Virus record (IMG/VR): IMGVR_UViG_3300030390_001073
Length of the DNA stretch: 64,000 nt
Strand: one strand, 5' to 3'
Source: an uncultured virus (IMG/VR IMGVR_UViG_3300030390_001073)
Lineage: Duplodnaviria > Heunggongvirae > Uroviricota > Caudoviricetes
The notes beneath the pieces were generated by a model. That model searched no databases. It was not told the DNA's origin and saw only the letters and a program-made list of their open reading frames with translations. Shown one piece after another: positions 39,591 through 46,855 of this stretch. How positions within the stretch are numbered: the stretch's first letter is position 1; each line of letters begins with the position of its first letter. The position numbers and the translations under genes were made by a program.

Positions 39591-39746
39591 TTAAGCATTT
39601 CTACTTCTCATTCCTGCTCGAGCTTTTCTTGCCATTCCACTTTTACCGTATTTATTTACGCCAATAGAATAAGCAATCTTTTTTGCTGCTGTCTCAGACT
39701 TTCCTTGAGACATCAATTTTTTTACCATTTTTTTAAATGCACTCAT
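39591..39746 (-). CDS. small basic protein (51 aa)
   Basis: MSAFKKMVKKLMSQGKSETAAKKIAYSIGVNKYGKSGMARKARAGMRSRNA, manual translation. Confidence 0.7.
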   Translation of the reverse strand: MSAFKKMVKKLMSQGKSETAAKKIAYSIGVNKYGKSGMARKARAGMRSRNA

Positions 39747-39763
39747 CGCAATAATTTATTTTA

Positions 39764-39771
39764 CAAAGATA
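39764..39771 (-). promoter_or_regulatory. Bacteroidota-type -7 element (TATCTTTG)
   Basis: caaagata upstream of 39746. Confidence 0.55.
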
Positions 39772-39792
39772 CTATTATTTTTCTATATTGTT

Positions 39793-40074
39793 TTAACACT
39801 TCCAACGTCTTCTCGCTTGTCTAATTCTAGAGTTAGGGTCATTTCTTGTGGCAGCACTACTATTTTTTAATTGACCTAAACTTCTTGCACAATAAGACTT
39901 TCTTCTTTTAGAAGCTTTACTTCCTTTTTTAACCTTTCCTGTAACAGCTGTTTTTAACTTAGAACCGGGATTTGCTTTACGATAAGCGGCAACTCCTTTC
40001 TTTGTCATTCCTGCTCCCTTCTTTGTCGGTCTATAATTTGCTCCTTTACCTTTAGTGGTTTTTCTTATAGCCAT
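39793..40074 (-). CDS. small basic phage protein (DUF6321-like)
   Basis: GMTKKGVAAYRKANPGSKLK...RRKSYCAR...DPNSR...RRWKC. Confidence 0.75.
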   Translation of the reverse strand: MAIRKTTKGKGANYRPTKKGAGMTKKGVAAYRKANPGSKLKTAVTGKVKKGSKASKRRKSYCARSLGQLKNSSAATRNDPNSRIRQARRRWKC

Positions 40075-40193
40075 TACTTTTTCTTATGCGTATATCCTTT
40101 TTTCTTTAACGCTAAATGTTGCTTCATGGTTGTAGCTTTTTTTACTAAACCTGTTTTACTGTACATGTTATGTACTTTAAATTTTTTTGCCAT
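40074..40193 (-). CDS. small basic protein (39 aa)
   Basis: MAKKFKVHNMYSKTG...HLALKKKGYTHKKK; TAATG coupling on both sides. Confidence 0.7.
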   Translation of the reverse strand: MAKKFKVHNMYSKTGLVKKATTMKQHLALKKKGYTHKKK

Positions 40194-40303
40194 TACTTTT
40201 TCTTTTTAGGTACACAGTTAGGTACTTGCTTACCGCCTTTTCCTTTCTTCATCCCGTAAGCGATAAATCCTTTCCAACAAGGATTCTTCATTTTTTTTGC
40301 CAT
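40193..40303 (-). CDS. small basic protein (36 aa) with CWKG...VPNCVP motif
   Basis: MAKKMKNPCWKGFIAYGMKKGKGGKQVPNCVPKKKK. Confidence 0.75.
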   Translation of the reverse strand: MAKKMKNPCWKGFIAYGMKKGKGGKQVPNCVPKKKK

Positions 40304-40359
40304 AGTTTTTTATTATGTAAAATTAATAATAAAATTAAAATTTATTTTAAGCACAATCA

Positions 40360-40638
40360 TTATGCTTTTCTAGTATTTGACCTAGAACCTCTGTTTCTTA
40401 TTGAACCTCTTACTCTTGACCTAGTATCTCCTATATTTCTAAGACCTGATACTCTTTTTCTAGTTTGCTTGTTCTGATTTAAAGAAGATAAATTTATTGG
40501 TTTTGTTGATTTGTCATTAATATCATTCTCTTTATCTTTATCTTCTTGTTGTGATTTTAAATAATTAGCAATAAGTTGTGAAAAATTATTATCGTTATTA
40601 TCGTCACCTGTTTTAGGATTTTCTGTTTGGTCTGACAT
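40360..40638 (-). CDS. hypothetical protein with acidic N-terminus and Arg-rich C-terminus
   Basis: likely start MSDQTENPK at 40638, downstream of the promoter element at 40666-40673. Confidence 0.6.
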   Translation of the reverse strand: MSDQTENPKTGDDNNDNNFSQLIANYLKSQQEDKDKENDINDKSTKPINLSSLNQNKQTRKRVSGLRNIGDTRSRVRGSIRNRGSRSNTRKA

Positions 40639-40655
40639 AGTATGATTTTTATTGT

Positions 40656-40673
40656 TACTTTTGAACAAAGATA
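40656..40673. promoter_or_regulatory. adjacent, oppositely oriented -7 elements (TACTTTTG on +, TATCTTTG on -)
   Basis: tacttttg at 40656-40663 and caaagata at 40666-40673, between divergent genes. Confidence 0.55.
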
Positions 40674-40686
40674 CAAATTTAATTAA

Positions 40687-41118
40687 ATGCAAAAAGATTA
40701 TTTAAAATATTGGAGAGTTGTTCGTTATTTTGTAAAATCAAAATATGAAATATCTACCGGAGAACTAGACATGTTGTTGTTTTTATATTCTGAAAAATAT
40801 TTTGGAAAAGATAAATTTAAAGAATTTGATGAGCTGTTAAGTTGGAATGTAAATCGTTTTGACCAACTACTCAAACGAGGTTGGATAGAAGTCTTTCGTA
40901 AAAGAGTAGGTAAAAATAAAACGCTCTACAGTTTAAGTTTTAAAGCAAACAGAATGATACATTCTATTTATGAAAAACTAGAAGGCGGTGCTATTCCTGA
41001 ATCTCCTACATCAAATCCTATGTTTAAAAGTAATGTGACTTATACAGACAAGGTCTATCGCAATCAAATAAAAGAGATGAACAAAGTTATACAACAACAA
41101 CAACGTCTTGCTCCCTAA
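40687..41118 (+). CDS. putative winged-helix DNA-binding regulator
   Basis: ISTGELDMLLFLY...QLLKRGWIEVFR...LYSLSFKA resembles a MarR-like wHTH; the only + strand gene in the late block. Confidence 0.5.
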   Translation: MQKDYLKYWRVVRYFVKSKYEISTGELDMLLFLYSEKYFGKDKFKEFDELLSWNVNRFDQLLKRGWIEVFRKRVGKNKTLYSLSFKANRMIHSIYEKLEGGAIPESPTSNPMFKSNVTYTDKVYRNQIKEMNKVIQQQQRLAP

Positions 41119-41344
41119 TAATAGTACAAGCAGTACCTTCAAGCACCATTTGATATCCTGCACGCTTGTCATAGTATATTATATCATTACTATTAATTGA
41201 CTTTACTTCTGTGCCGGGAGTTATAACTTTAGCTTTTTTATATCTAAATTGGTCAGCGTCTTGTTCAGACAATAATAATCCTGACTCTGTCTTTAGTTCT
41301 TCTTTAATGTTTTCTACTATAAGGTATTTATTAATTGCTATCAT
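41087..41344 (-). CDS. groES: co-chaperonin GroES-like
   Basis: KTESGLLL mobile loop, AKVITPG and IIREQDVVVV motifs; directly downstream of GroEL. Confidence 0.85.
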   Translation of the reverse strand: MIAINKYLIVENIKEELKTESGLLLSEQDADQFRYKKAKVITPGTEVKSINSNDIIYYDKRAGYQMVLEGTACTIIREQDVVVVV

Positions 41345-42950
41345 TTGATTCGTATGTTCTTGCCATTGTTATAATAGCGTTAGTAGATAATATAGTTACT
41401 GCTACAGAAACTGCATTTTGTAAAGCGTTCTTAGTTACTTTCATTGGGTCAATGATTCCCATGTCAATCATATTTCCATACACTTCATTCTTAACATCAT
41501 ATCCTACTCCATTATGTTTTCCTGACTCATATTTATCTTGTATGGTGCTTCCTGCGTTTTCTAGTATTTGTGAAAGTGGTGCAGATAGTGCACCATATAA
41601 AATTGCGTCAGCAATTTTTTGCGAATTTTTTTCTTTTTTTGATGTGTATGCAATAGCTATATCATACAATGCTACTCCACCACCCGGCAATATACCCTCT
41701 AATAGTGCGGAACGTACTGCACAGACTGCGTCATCTACTCTGTCATAGAGTTCTTTTTGTTCAATGTCGGTTTGACCTCCTACATATATAACTCCGATAC
41801 CACCGCTTAGTGCAGCTATACGAGATAGTAAAAAATCTTTATCATTTTTATTTGTAGCATTTTCATGTGCTTGCCATAATTGTAAAACTCTATCTTCTAC
41901 GTTAGCAACATAGTCAGTTGATTTAATCAATATACTAGACTCTTTACCAATTATACATTTATCAGCATGACCTAAGTCGGCAAACGAAATTAATGATAAG
42001 TCGTCACCTGTTTTTTCAGAAAAGTAATTTGCTCCAACCGATACTGCAATGTCTTGCATAAGCTCATGTTGTTTGTATCCAAACTGTGGAGGACCTATAA
42101 CACAAACTTGTAAACCATTCTTGACTACGTTTGCTGCTAAAGTATTTACAACATTAACAGACATAGGTGCAATGATTAATAATTTCTTCTGCTCATTAAT
42201 AATTGGCTTTAGAATATTCTCAATTGACAATACGTTTGATATCTCTGCATCACTTACTAAGACATGTACGTTTTCTAATATACACTCGTCCTTCTTTTGG
42301 TTATTAATAAATAAAGGCGATGTCCACCCTCTCTCAATTTTAATTCCGTTTGTGGTCTCGCCATAAGTATTACTTGATTCTGATTTTTCTACAGTAACTA
42401 TTCCGTTTTTACCAACCTCTTTATATGTGTCAGCAATAACTTTACCAATTACTTTGTCATTGTTCGCTGATATAACAGCTACATCAAGCAATCTTTTATT
42501 AGTAATTTTTTTAGAAGCCTTTTTTAATTTGTCTATTACTACCTCAGTTTCTTTTACTATCTCTTTTAATACCTCAGCTCTGTTTGTGGTCTCATCCATC
42601 AAGGCATCGCCTTGCTTAACTAATGCTTCAGTAAGAACAATAGCAGTAGTTGTACCATCACCTGCAGAGGTAGCAGTATTATCAGCTGCCTGTTTCATCA
42701 TACGAACCGCAAGGTTCTCTACAGGGTCTAATAAATCTACAGCCTTAGCTACGGTTACTCCGTCTTTAGTTACGGTTAACCCGCCCGTTACATATTGTGA
42801 TTCGATGAGGACTGTATTACCTCTAGGACCTAATGTGCTTTTAACTGCGTTTGCTATTTGTGTAATACCGGAGATAAGTTTTCCTCTTCCGTTTTCGCCA
42901 AAGGATAATTCTTTGGGATTAAAGCCTGATGGCATTTTGATTTGATTCAT
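41331..42950 (-). CDS. groEL: chaperonin GroEL-like
   Basis: TLGPRG, TKDGVTVA, AGDGTTTA, GILPGGG and GIIDP motifs. Confidence 0.95.
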   Translation of the reverse strand: MNQIKMPSGFNPKELSFGENGRGKLISGITQIANAVKSTLGPRGNTVLIESQYVTGGLTVTKDGVTVAKAVDLLDPVENLAVRMMKQAADNTATSAGDGTTTAIVLTEALVKQGDALMDETTNRAEVLKEIVKETEVVIDKLKKASKKITNKRLLDVAVISANNDKVIGKVIADTYKEVGKNGIVTVEKSESSNTYGETTNGIKIERGWTSPLFINNQKKDECILENVHVLVSDAEISNVLSIENILKPIINEQKKLLIIAPMSVNVVNTLAANVVKNGLQVCVIGPPQFGYKQHELMQDIAVSVGANYFSEKTGDDLSLISFADLGHADKCIIGKESSILIKSTDYVANVEDRVLQLWQAHENATNKNDKDFLLSRIAALSGGIGVIYVGGQTDIEQKELYDRVDDAVCAVRSALLEGILPGGGVALYDIAIAYTSKKEKNSQKIADAILYGALSAPLSQILENAGSTIQDKYESGKHNGVGYDVKNEVYGNMIDMGIIDPMKVTKNALQNAVSVAVTILSTNAIITMARTYESNDSN

Positions 42951-42972
42951 AGTAAAGTATATTTGATTTATG

Positions 42973-42980
42973 CAAAGATA
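42973..42980 (-). promoter_or_regulatory. Bacteroidota-type -7 element for groEL
   Basis: caaagata upstream of the groEL start. Confidence 0.6.
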
Positions 42981-43000
42981 AAAAAAAGAATTAAGATTTA

Positions 43001-43172
43001 TGTCGTTATGTTGTTTTTTGTTTAGCTTTACTCTCTCTCTCTATTTTTACTAAACGCATATAATAAATTATTATTGCAGTTGCTTTTTCATTTTAACATT
43101 TCAACATTTATTTTTATAACTTATTGATTTATAATTATTTATATATTTTATTATCAACACTAAATCAACACT
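43001..43172. repeat. TCAACA/TGTTG repeat region with IHF-like site (origin-like element A)
   Basis: tgtcgttatgttg, a (ct)n tract, aacatttcaacat, a WATCAANNNNTTR match on - near 43117-43130, and tandem atcaacact-aa-atcaacact. Confidence 0.45.
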
Positions 43173-43192
43173 ATATTGTTATTATATAACAT

Positions 43193-43224
43193 AAAAAAAG
43201 AGGATTAATTAAAATCCCCTCTCT
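43193..43224 (-). terminator. intrinsic terminator
   Basis: GGGGATT/AATCCTC stem plus a T7 tract on the minus strand, downstream of the 43258 ORF. Confidence 0.65.
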
Positions 43225-43257
43225 TCATCAACACACATACTAATCAATCACTATACT

Positions 43258-43482
43258 TTAAAGCTCATAAATATTTCTATCACCACTCATTCTCATCTTA
43301 GCTCTTTCAATTCCGTCAGCTATACAATCTATTTTGTATTGCTTTTTCATTTGCTGTCTATACATTGCAGCTTGTGCAATCCCTGAAACTCCATCAGGTC
43401 TGTTGTTAACCTCTCTGCCATTTCTCATGCCTAGTCCGTCAACATTTTCTGAGATTGAATTATCTCTACTTAAATTTTTCAT
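43258..43482 (-). CDS. hypothetical protein (74 aa)
   Basis: likely start MKNLSRDN at 43482. Confidence 0.6.
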   Translation of the reverse strand: MKNLSRDNSISENVDGLGMRNGREVNNRPDGVSGIAQAAMYRQQMKKQYKIDCIADGIERAKMRMSGDRNIYEL

Positions 43483-43540
43483 AGCCTTGTTTTTTTTGTA
43501 AAGGTACAAAATTTTTTGTAAGATATGTGTAGTATTTAGA

Positions 43541-43750
43541 CTCCCCCCCCTCACACGCAAACCTTCGCCAAAAGAAAACGCAAAAAAAAAGCTGACCCCC
43601 CCTAAACCTTTTAATATTTTCTTTCGGATTTTTTAGGAAAACGCCTGACCCCTGTCACCCCTACCTCCTCCCCCCCTCTGTCATCCTGTTGCGTAGCTTT
43701 GTCGTTACACACACCTCTACCATCTACCCTATACCACCTACCTTCCCCTC
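43541..43750. other. C-rich (G-rich on -) non-coding tract at the strand switch; candidate packaging/terminus region
   Basis: many C runs (ctccccccccc, gacccccc, ctcctccccccctc) in an otherwise AT-rich genome, between the divergent late and early blocks. Confidence 0.45.
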
Positions 43751-43990
43751 ATTACATGCATATATAATCTTATAATCTCATTACAAGCTAAGAGATATAA
43801 GAGTGCATCCCCTCTGCCTAAGTTTGACATAAATAAATCGTAGTGAAATGTGCTGTGCTAACACGCTAGTTATCAATGAGTTACAAAGACAACTAATAAA
43901 TAAATAAAATATTATACTAAAATTGTACGATAATTAAAATAATAGTTGTAGTATTGCATTATATTAATATTTAAATAAATAAAAAACATT

Positions 43991-44947
43991 ATGAAAAAAT
44001 TTAATAACAAATACCTACCAAAAATCAAAAAAATCAACGTCTTCGAAGCTGTCAACAAGCAAGTTACAGACGGGTTAAAAAAAACAGGTATGTCTTGGTT
44101 CAAAGCATGGACAGACTCAAACGGAAACATTCAAGACCCTATTAACAGATGTACTAAGAGAGGTTACAACGGAGTAAACATCTTTATCTTAAACGCTACT
44201 GCTTCAGTAGAAGGTTATCCATCCAACGAATGGGTTAGTTTTGCTGAAGCTAAGAAGCTAGGCAGTAACGTTAAGAAGGGAGAGAAGTCAACTATGATAG
44301 TATATTGGAACATAGCTTTCATGGTTAAGGACAAATGGTTTCCTAATCTAACTGCACTAAACAAGGCAGGGTATACGGAAGATGATGCTAAAAAACTATT
44401 TACATTAAAACAATTCAGAGTATTTAATATTGCACAATGTGAAAATCTAACAGCATGTAGAGAGATACCAACAGAGAGTGAAGATAACCTTGACATTCAA
44501 CCAATAGAATCGGCTGAAGCTATTGTAAACGGATACAAGAATGCTCCTAAGATAATAGAGAGACCACAAGGTAGTGCTTACTATACTCCTATGAGAGACA
44601 TCATAACAATGCCAACAAGAGAGCAGTTTGTTGAGCGTACTTCGATAGATGATTTCTATAAGGTTTTATTTCATGAGATGATTCATTCAACAGGACATTC
44701 ATCTAGATTAGATAGAAAACTTGTAGGTGTTACAGCTGACAAAGTATCTTATTCAAAGGAAGAATTGATAGCTGAGATAGGTGCAATGTATTTAACTTCG
44801 ATTGCTCACTTGAACCCTCAAGACCATGAGAGACAGAGTCAAGCGTATATCAACGGATGGATTAAGTTCATTAAATCTAGCCATGAGAAGGCATTGATAT
44901 CAGCAATGACCAAAGCTAGACAGGGTGTTGATTTAATCCTTAAGTAG
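43991..44947 (+). CDS. ardC: ArdC-like anti-restriction protein (ssDNA-binding domain plus zincin metallopeptidase domain)
   Basis: N..TKRGYNGVN...W.SF..AKKLG..VKKGEKS; VFNIAQ; AYYTP..D.I.MP; HEMIHSTGH..RL.R; YSKEELIAE. Confidence 0.9.
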   Translation: MKKFNNKYLPKIKKINVFEAVNKQVTDGLKKTGMSWFKAWTDSNGNIQDPINRCTKRGYNGVNIFILNATASVEGYPSNEWVSFAEAKKLGSNVKKGEKSTMIVYWNIAFMVKDKWFPNLTALNKAGYTEDDAKKLFTLKQFRVFNIAQCENLTACREIPTESEDNLDIQPIESAEAIVNGYKNAPKIIERPQGSAYYTPMRDIITMPTREQFVERTSIDDFYKVLFHEMIHSTGHSSRLDRKLVGVTADKVSYSKEELIAEIGAMYLTSIAHLNPQDHERQSQAYINGWIKFIKSSHEKALISAMTKARQGVDLILK

Positions 44948-44949
44948 TT

Positions 44950-44979
44950 TACTATCCTGAGCAAGATACCAAACTGCTC
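44950..44979 (+). ncRNA. small H-type pseudoknot motif, copy 1
   Basis: TATC-CTGAGCAA-GATA stem-loop; the loop GAGCA pairs with downstream TGCTC; near-identical copy at 45624. Confidence 0.65.
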
Positions 44980-45028
44980 TCTGTCGATAGGTGTGTACCT
45001 ATCCTGATGAAGCGAAAGCAGAAACAGA
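44980..45028 (+). ncRNA. type III hammerhead ribozyme 1 (predicted cleavage after GUC at 44985)
   Basis: TCTGTC / stem I GATAGGT-gtgt-ACCTATC / CTGATGA / A-GC-GAAA-GC-A / GAAACAGA closing stem III. Confidence 0.8.
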
Positions 45029-45053
45029 AACATTAATTAAATATATAAACATT

Positions 45054-45578
45054 ATGCAATTTACAAGAGAACAATTATCACAAATGGATTCACTAGACTT
45101 CCTAAAACTTATGGGATACACTATCGAGACAGGTAGCTGTGTATGGAACGGAAACGGACACGCTGACAAGTATGCTTTTACCGAGACTACTAAAGATGGC
45201 TATGACCTATTTGTATTTACAGATAACCCAAACAAACCACCACAAATATGTCAAGGCATTTTCTATGATGAGGATGGATTTTGGGATGGGTTGAAAGAAT
45301 ACATTATTGAAGATGGTACAGGAGAAGAGGTTATTGCCATTGAAGACCATGTCATGGAAACCATGAGTGATTGGTTTCTAGATGAGGATGAGATGGTTGA
45401 GATAGCTACAAACCTCGACATGTTTGTAGAACTACAGACTGAAAACGGATTAGATGTAGATGAGGTAAAAGAGTATTACCTGAATTCAGGATTTCCTCAA
45501 TACGATGCAGAACCATACAAATCGTATACGGATGAAGATTGGATTGACCACGCAAATGAAAACGAATTAGAAAGATAG
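45054..45578 (+). CDS. acidic early hypothetical protein flanked by hammerheads
   Basis: ATG at 45054 after an AAACATT leader (MQFTREQLSQ...); very Asp/Glu-rich. Confidence 0.75.
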   Translation: MQFTREQLSQMDSLDFLKLMGYTIETGSCVWNGNGHADKYAFTETTKDGYDLFVFTDNPNKPPQICQGIFYDEDGFWDGLKEYIIEDGTGEEVIAIEDHVMETMSDWFLDEDEMVEIATNLDMFVELQTENGLDVDEVKEYYLNSGFPQYDAEPYKSYTDEDWIDHANENELER

Positions 45579-45591
45579 CCAACAGGAGTGA

Positions 45592-45623
45592 TTTGGTAGT
45601 TTCGTTTATTTTTCGTACATTTG
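45592..45623 (+). promoter_or_regulatory. Bacteroidota sigma-A promoter (-33 TTTG, -7 TACATTTG)
   Basis: TTTG at 45592-45595, 20-nt spacer, TACATTTG at 45616-45623. Confidence 0.8.
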
Positions 45624-45653
45624 TACTATCCTGAGCAAGATATTAAACTGCTC
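45624..45653 (+). ncRNA. small H-type pseudoknot motif, copy 2
   Basis: tactatcctgagcaagatattaaactgctc differs from copy 1 only in the unpaired linker (cc to tt). Confidence 0.65.
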
Positions 45654-45702
45654 CTGTATCGAGATGAGTGTCTCGGCTGATGATTCCAAAAGGATGAAAC
45701 AG
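45654..45702 (+). ncRNA. type III hammerhead ribozyme 2 (predicted cleavage after GUA at 45658)
   Basis: CTGTA / stem I TCGAGA-tgagtg-TCTCGG / CTGATGA / T-TCC-aaaa-GGA-T / GAAACAG; stems differ in sequence from copy 1 but keep pairing. Confidence 0.85.
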
Positions 45703-45723
45703 AAACTTTAATTTAATAACATT

Positions 45724-45969
45724 ATGAGAAAATTAAGAAAATTACACATTTACTTTATGAATGCAATTACGTTTGCAGTAGCATTAGGAGTAATAGGTAT
45801 GGTAGGCAACTTGCTTGTACACCTAGTTAACAATGACATCACAGGTGTTGGGGATTTCCTAGCATGGATGGTGGCAGTAGGAATTTACTTAGCAGTAAGT
45901 TATTTAATATTTGGTCTTATCATTTTATCACACAAAGATGACATGAGAGACTTTAACTTAAACAACTAA
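45724..45969 (+). CDS. small two-TM membrane protein
   Basis: two hydrophobic segments; AACATTATG leader. Confidence 0.7.
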   Translation: MRKLRKLHIYFMNAITFAVALGVIGMVGNLLVHLVNNDITGVGDFLAWMVAVGIYLAVSYLIFGLIILSHKDDMRDFNLNN

Positions 45970-45973
45970 AACT

Positions 45974-46129
45974 ATGGTAACTGAACTAACAGAGATTACA
46001 AAGTATATAAGAATATACAATAATCCATCAAACGAAAAAGCGTATAACGAAGCATGTGAATACCTACTACAGGTTCACAGAAAGTGGGGTACATGCGATG
46101 TTTCACTAATTAAAAATCTATTAAAATAA
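45974..46129 (+). CDS. hypothetical protein (51 aa)
   Basis: MVTELTEITKYIRIYNN...SLIKNLLK, manual translation; fills the gap. Confidence 0.6.
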   Translation: MVTELTEITKYIRIYNNPSNEKAYNEACEYLLQVHRKWGTCDVSLIKNLLK

Positions 46130-46135
46130 AACATT

Positions 46136-46513
46136 ATGAAAAACTTATTAAAACAATTAAAAACTAGAGTAAAGATTGAACATCATAAATCTCAAGTTCA
46201 ATTATTAGAATCCATTTGGCTAGATGAACTAGCCAATCATCATCGAGAGAAGACACATTGGAACAGAGAAGACACAGAAGAGTCTTGGGATAATGTTGAA
46301 GAACTTTACAAAGAGATGAGGATGTATAAAATAGAACATCGAGAAATCCTTAAGCTAGATAATGATACTCGACTAGCTCATAGCATTGTTAATGACCTTG
46401 TAATGACATCTAATTGGCATACAAACTTCATTGACTACGTTCAGGGAGATAATAGTAATTTGTATAACACAGCATGTGAATTCGCTGATAAAATCGAAAG
46501 CTATGAAAGTTAA
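46136..46513 (+). CDS. hypothetical early protein
   Basis: 125 aa; AAACATTATG leader. Confidence 0.7.
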   Translation: MKNLLKQLKTRVKIEHHKSQVQLLESIWLDELANHHREKTHWNREDTEESWDNVEELYKEMRMYKIEHREILKLDNDTRLAHSIVNDLVMTSNWHTNFIDYVQGDNSNLYNTACEFADKIESYES

Positions 46514-46778
46514 AATACAACAACGAAGTGTCTATCACAAATTTGCTGAGATAGAAATAGAAATACCTGATGTTGTTGCACCAAGTGATGAGTGTGACAT
46601 TCAAGATTATCTCTACGACAACGAACATTTATGGGTAGATAAAATTGACCATAAAATTAATGAATCTGAGTTTGTTTTTGGAACAGGCTTGTACGACATT
46701 GAAGGAATGGATGATGCAGAGTCTGATTCTGAATGGAGATATGATTGTCCACAATTAAAGATAGGTGGACATTTATAA
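46503..46778 (+). CDS. acidic hypothetical early protein
   Basis: likely start MKVKIQQRS at 46503. Confidence 0.65.
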   Translation: MKVKIQQRSVYHKFAEIEIEIPDVVAPSDECDIQDYLYDNEHLWVDKIDHKINESEFVFGTGLYDIEGMDDAESDSEWRYDCPQLKIGGHL

Positions 46779-46779
46779 C

Positions 46780-46823
46780 GGATAGCATGGTGCAAGGGGG
46801 GTTCGATTCCCTCCTATCCACAA
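46780..46823 (+). ncRNA. minimal tRNA-like element (acceptor stem, mini D hairpin, T arm; no anticodon arm)
   Basis: GGATAG/CTATCC stem; CATGGTG mini-hairpin with GG; GGGGG-TTCGATT-CCCTC T arm; then ACAA. Confidence 0.65.
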
Positions 46824-46855
46824 TAGCAATATTGCTAGAGTTTAAATTAAATATT

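Noticed and set aside
44991..45053. ORF-track GTG start at 44991
   Set aside because: It overlaps hammerhead 1. The ATG at 45054 has the AAACATT-ATG leader shared by neighbouring early genes.
46780..46823. A bona fide tRNA gene
   Set aside because: It is only about 44 nt with no anticodon arm, so it is reported as tRNA-like instead.
46745..46855. ORF-track N-terminal extension of the 46856 gene
   Set aside because: It overlaps the previous gene and the tRNA-like element; the ATG at 46856 has a typical A/T-rich leader.
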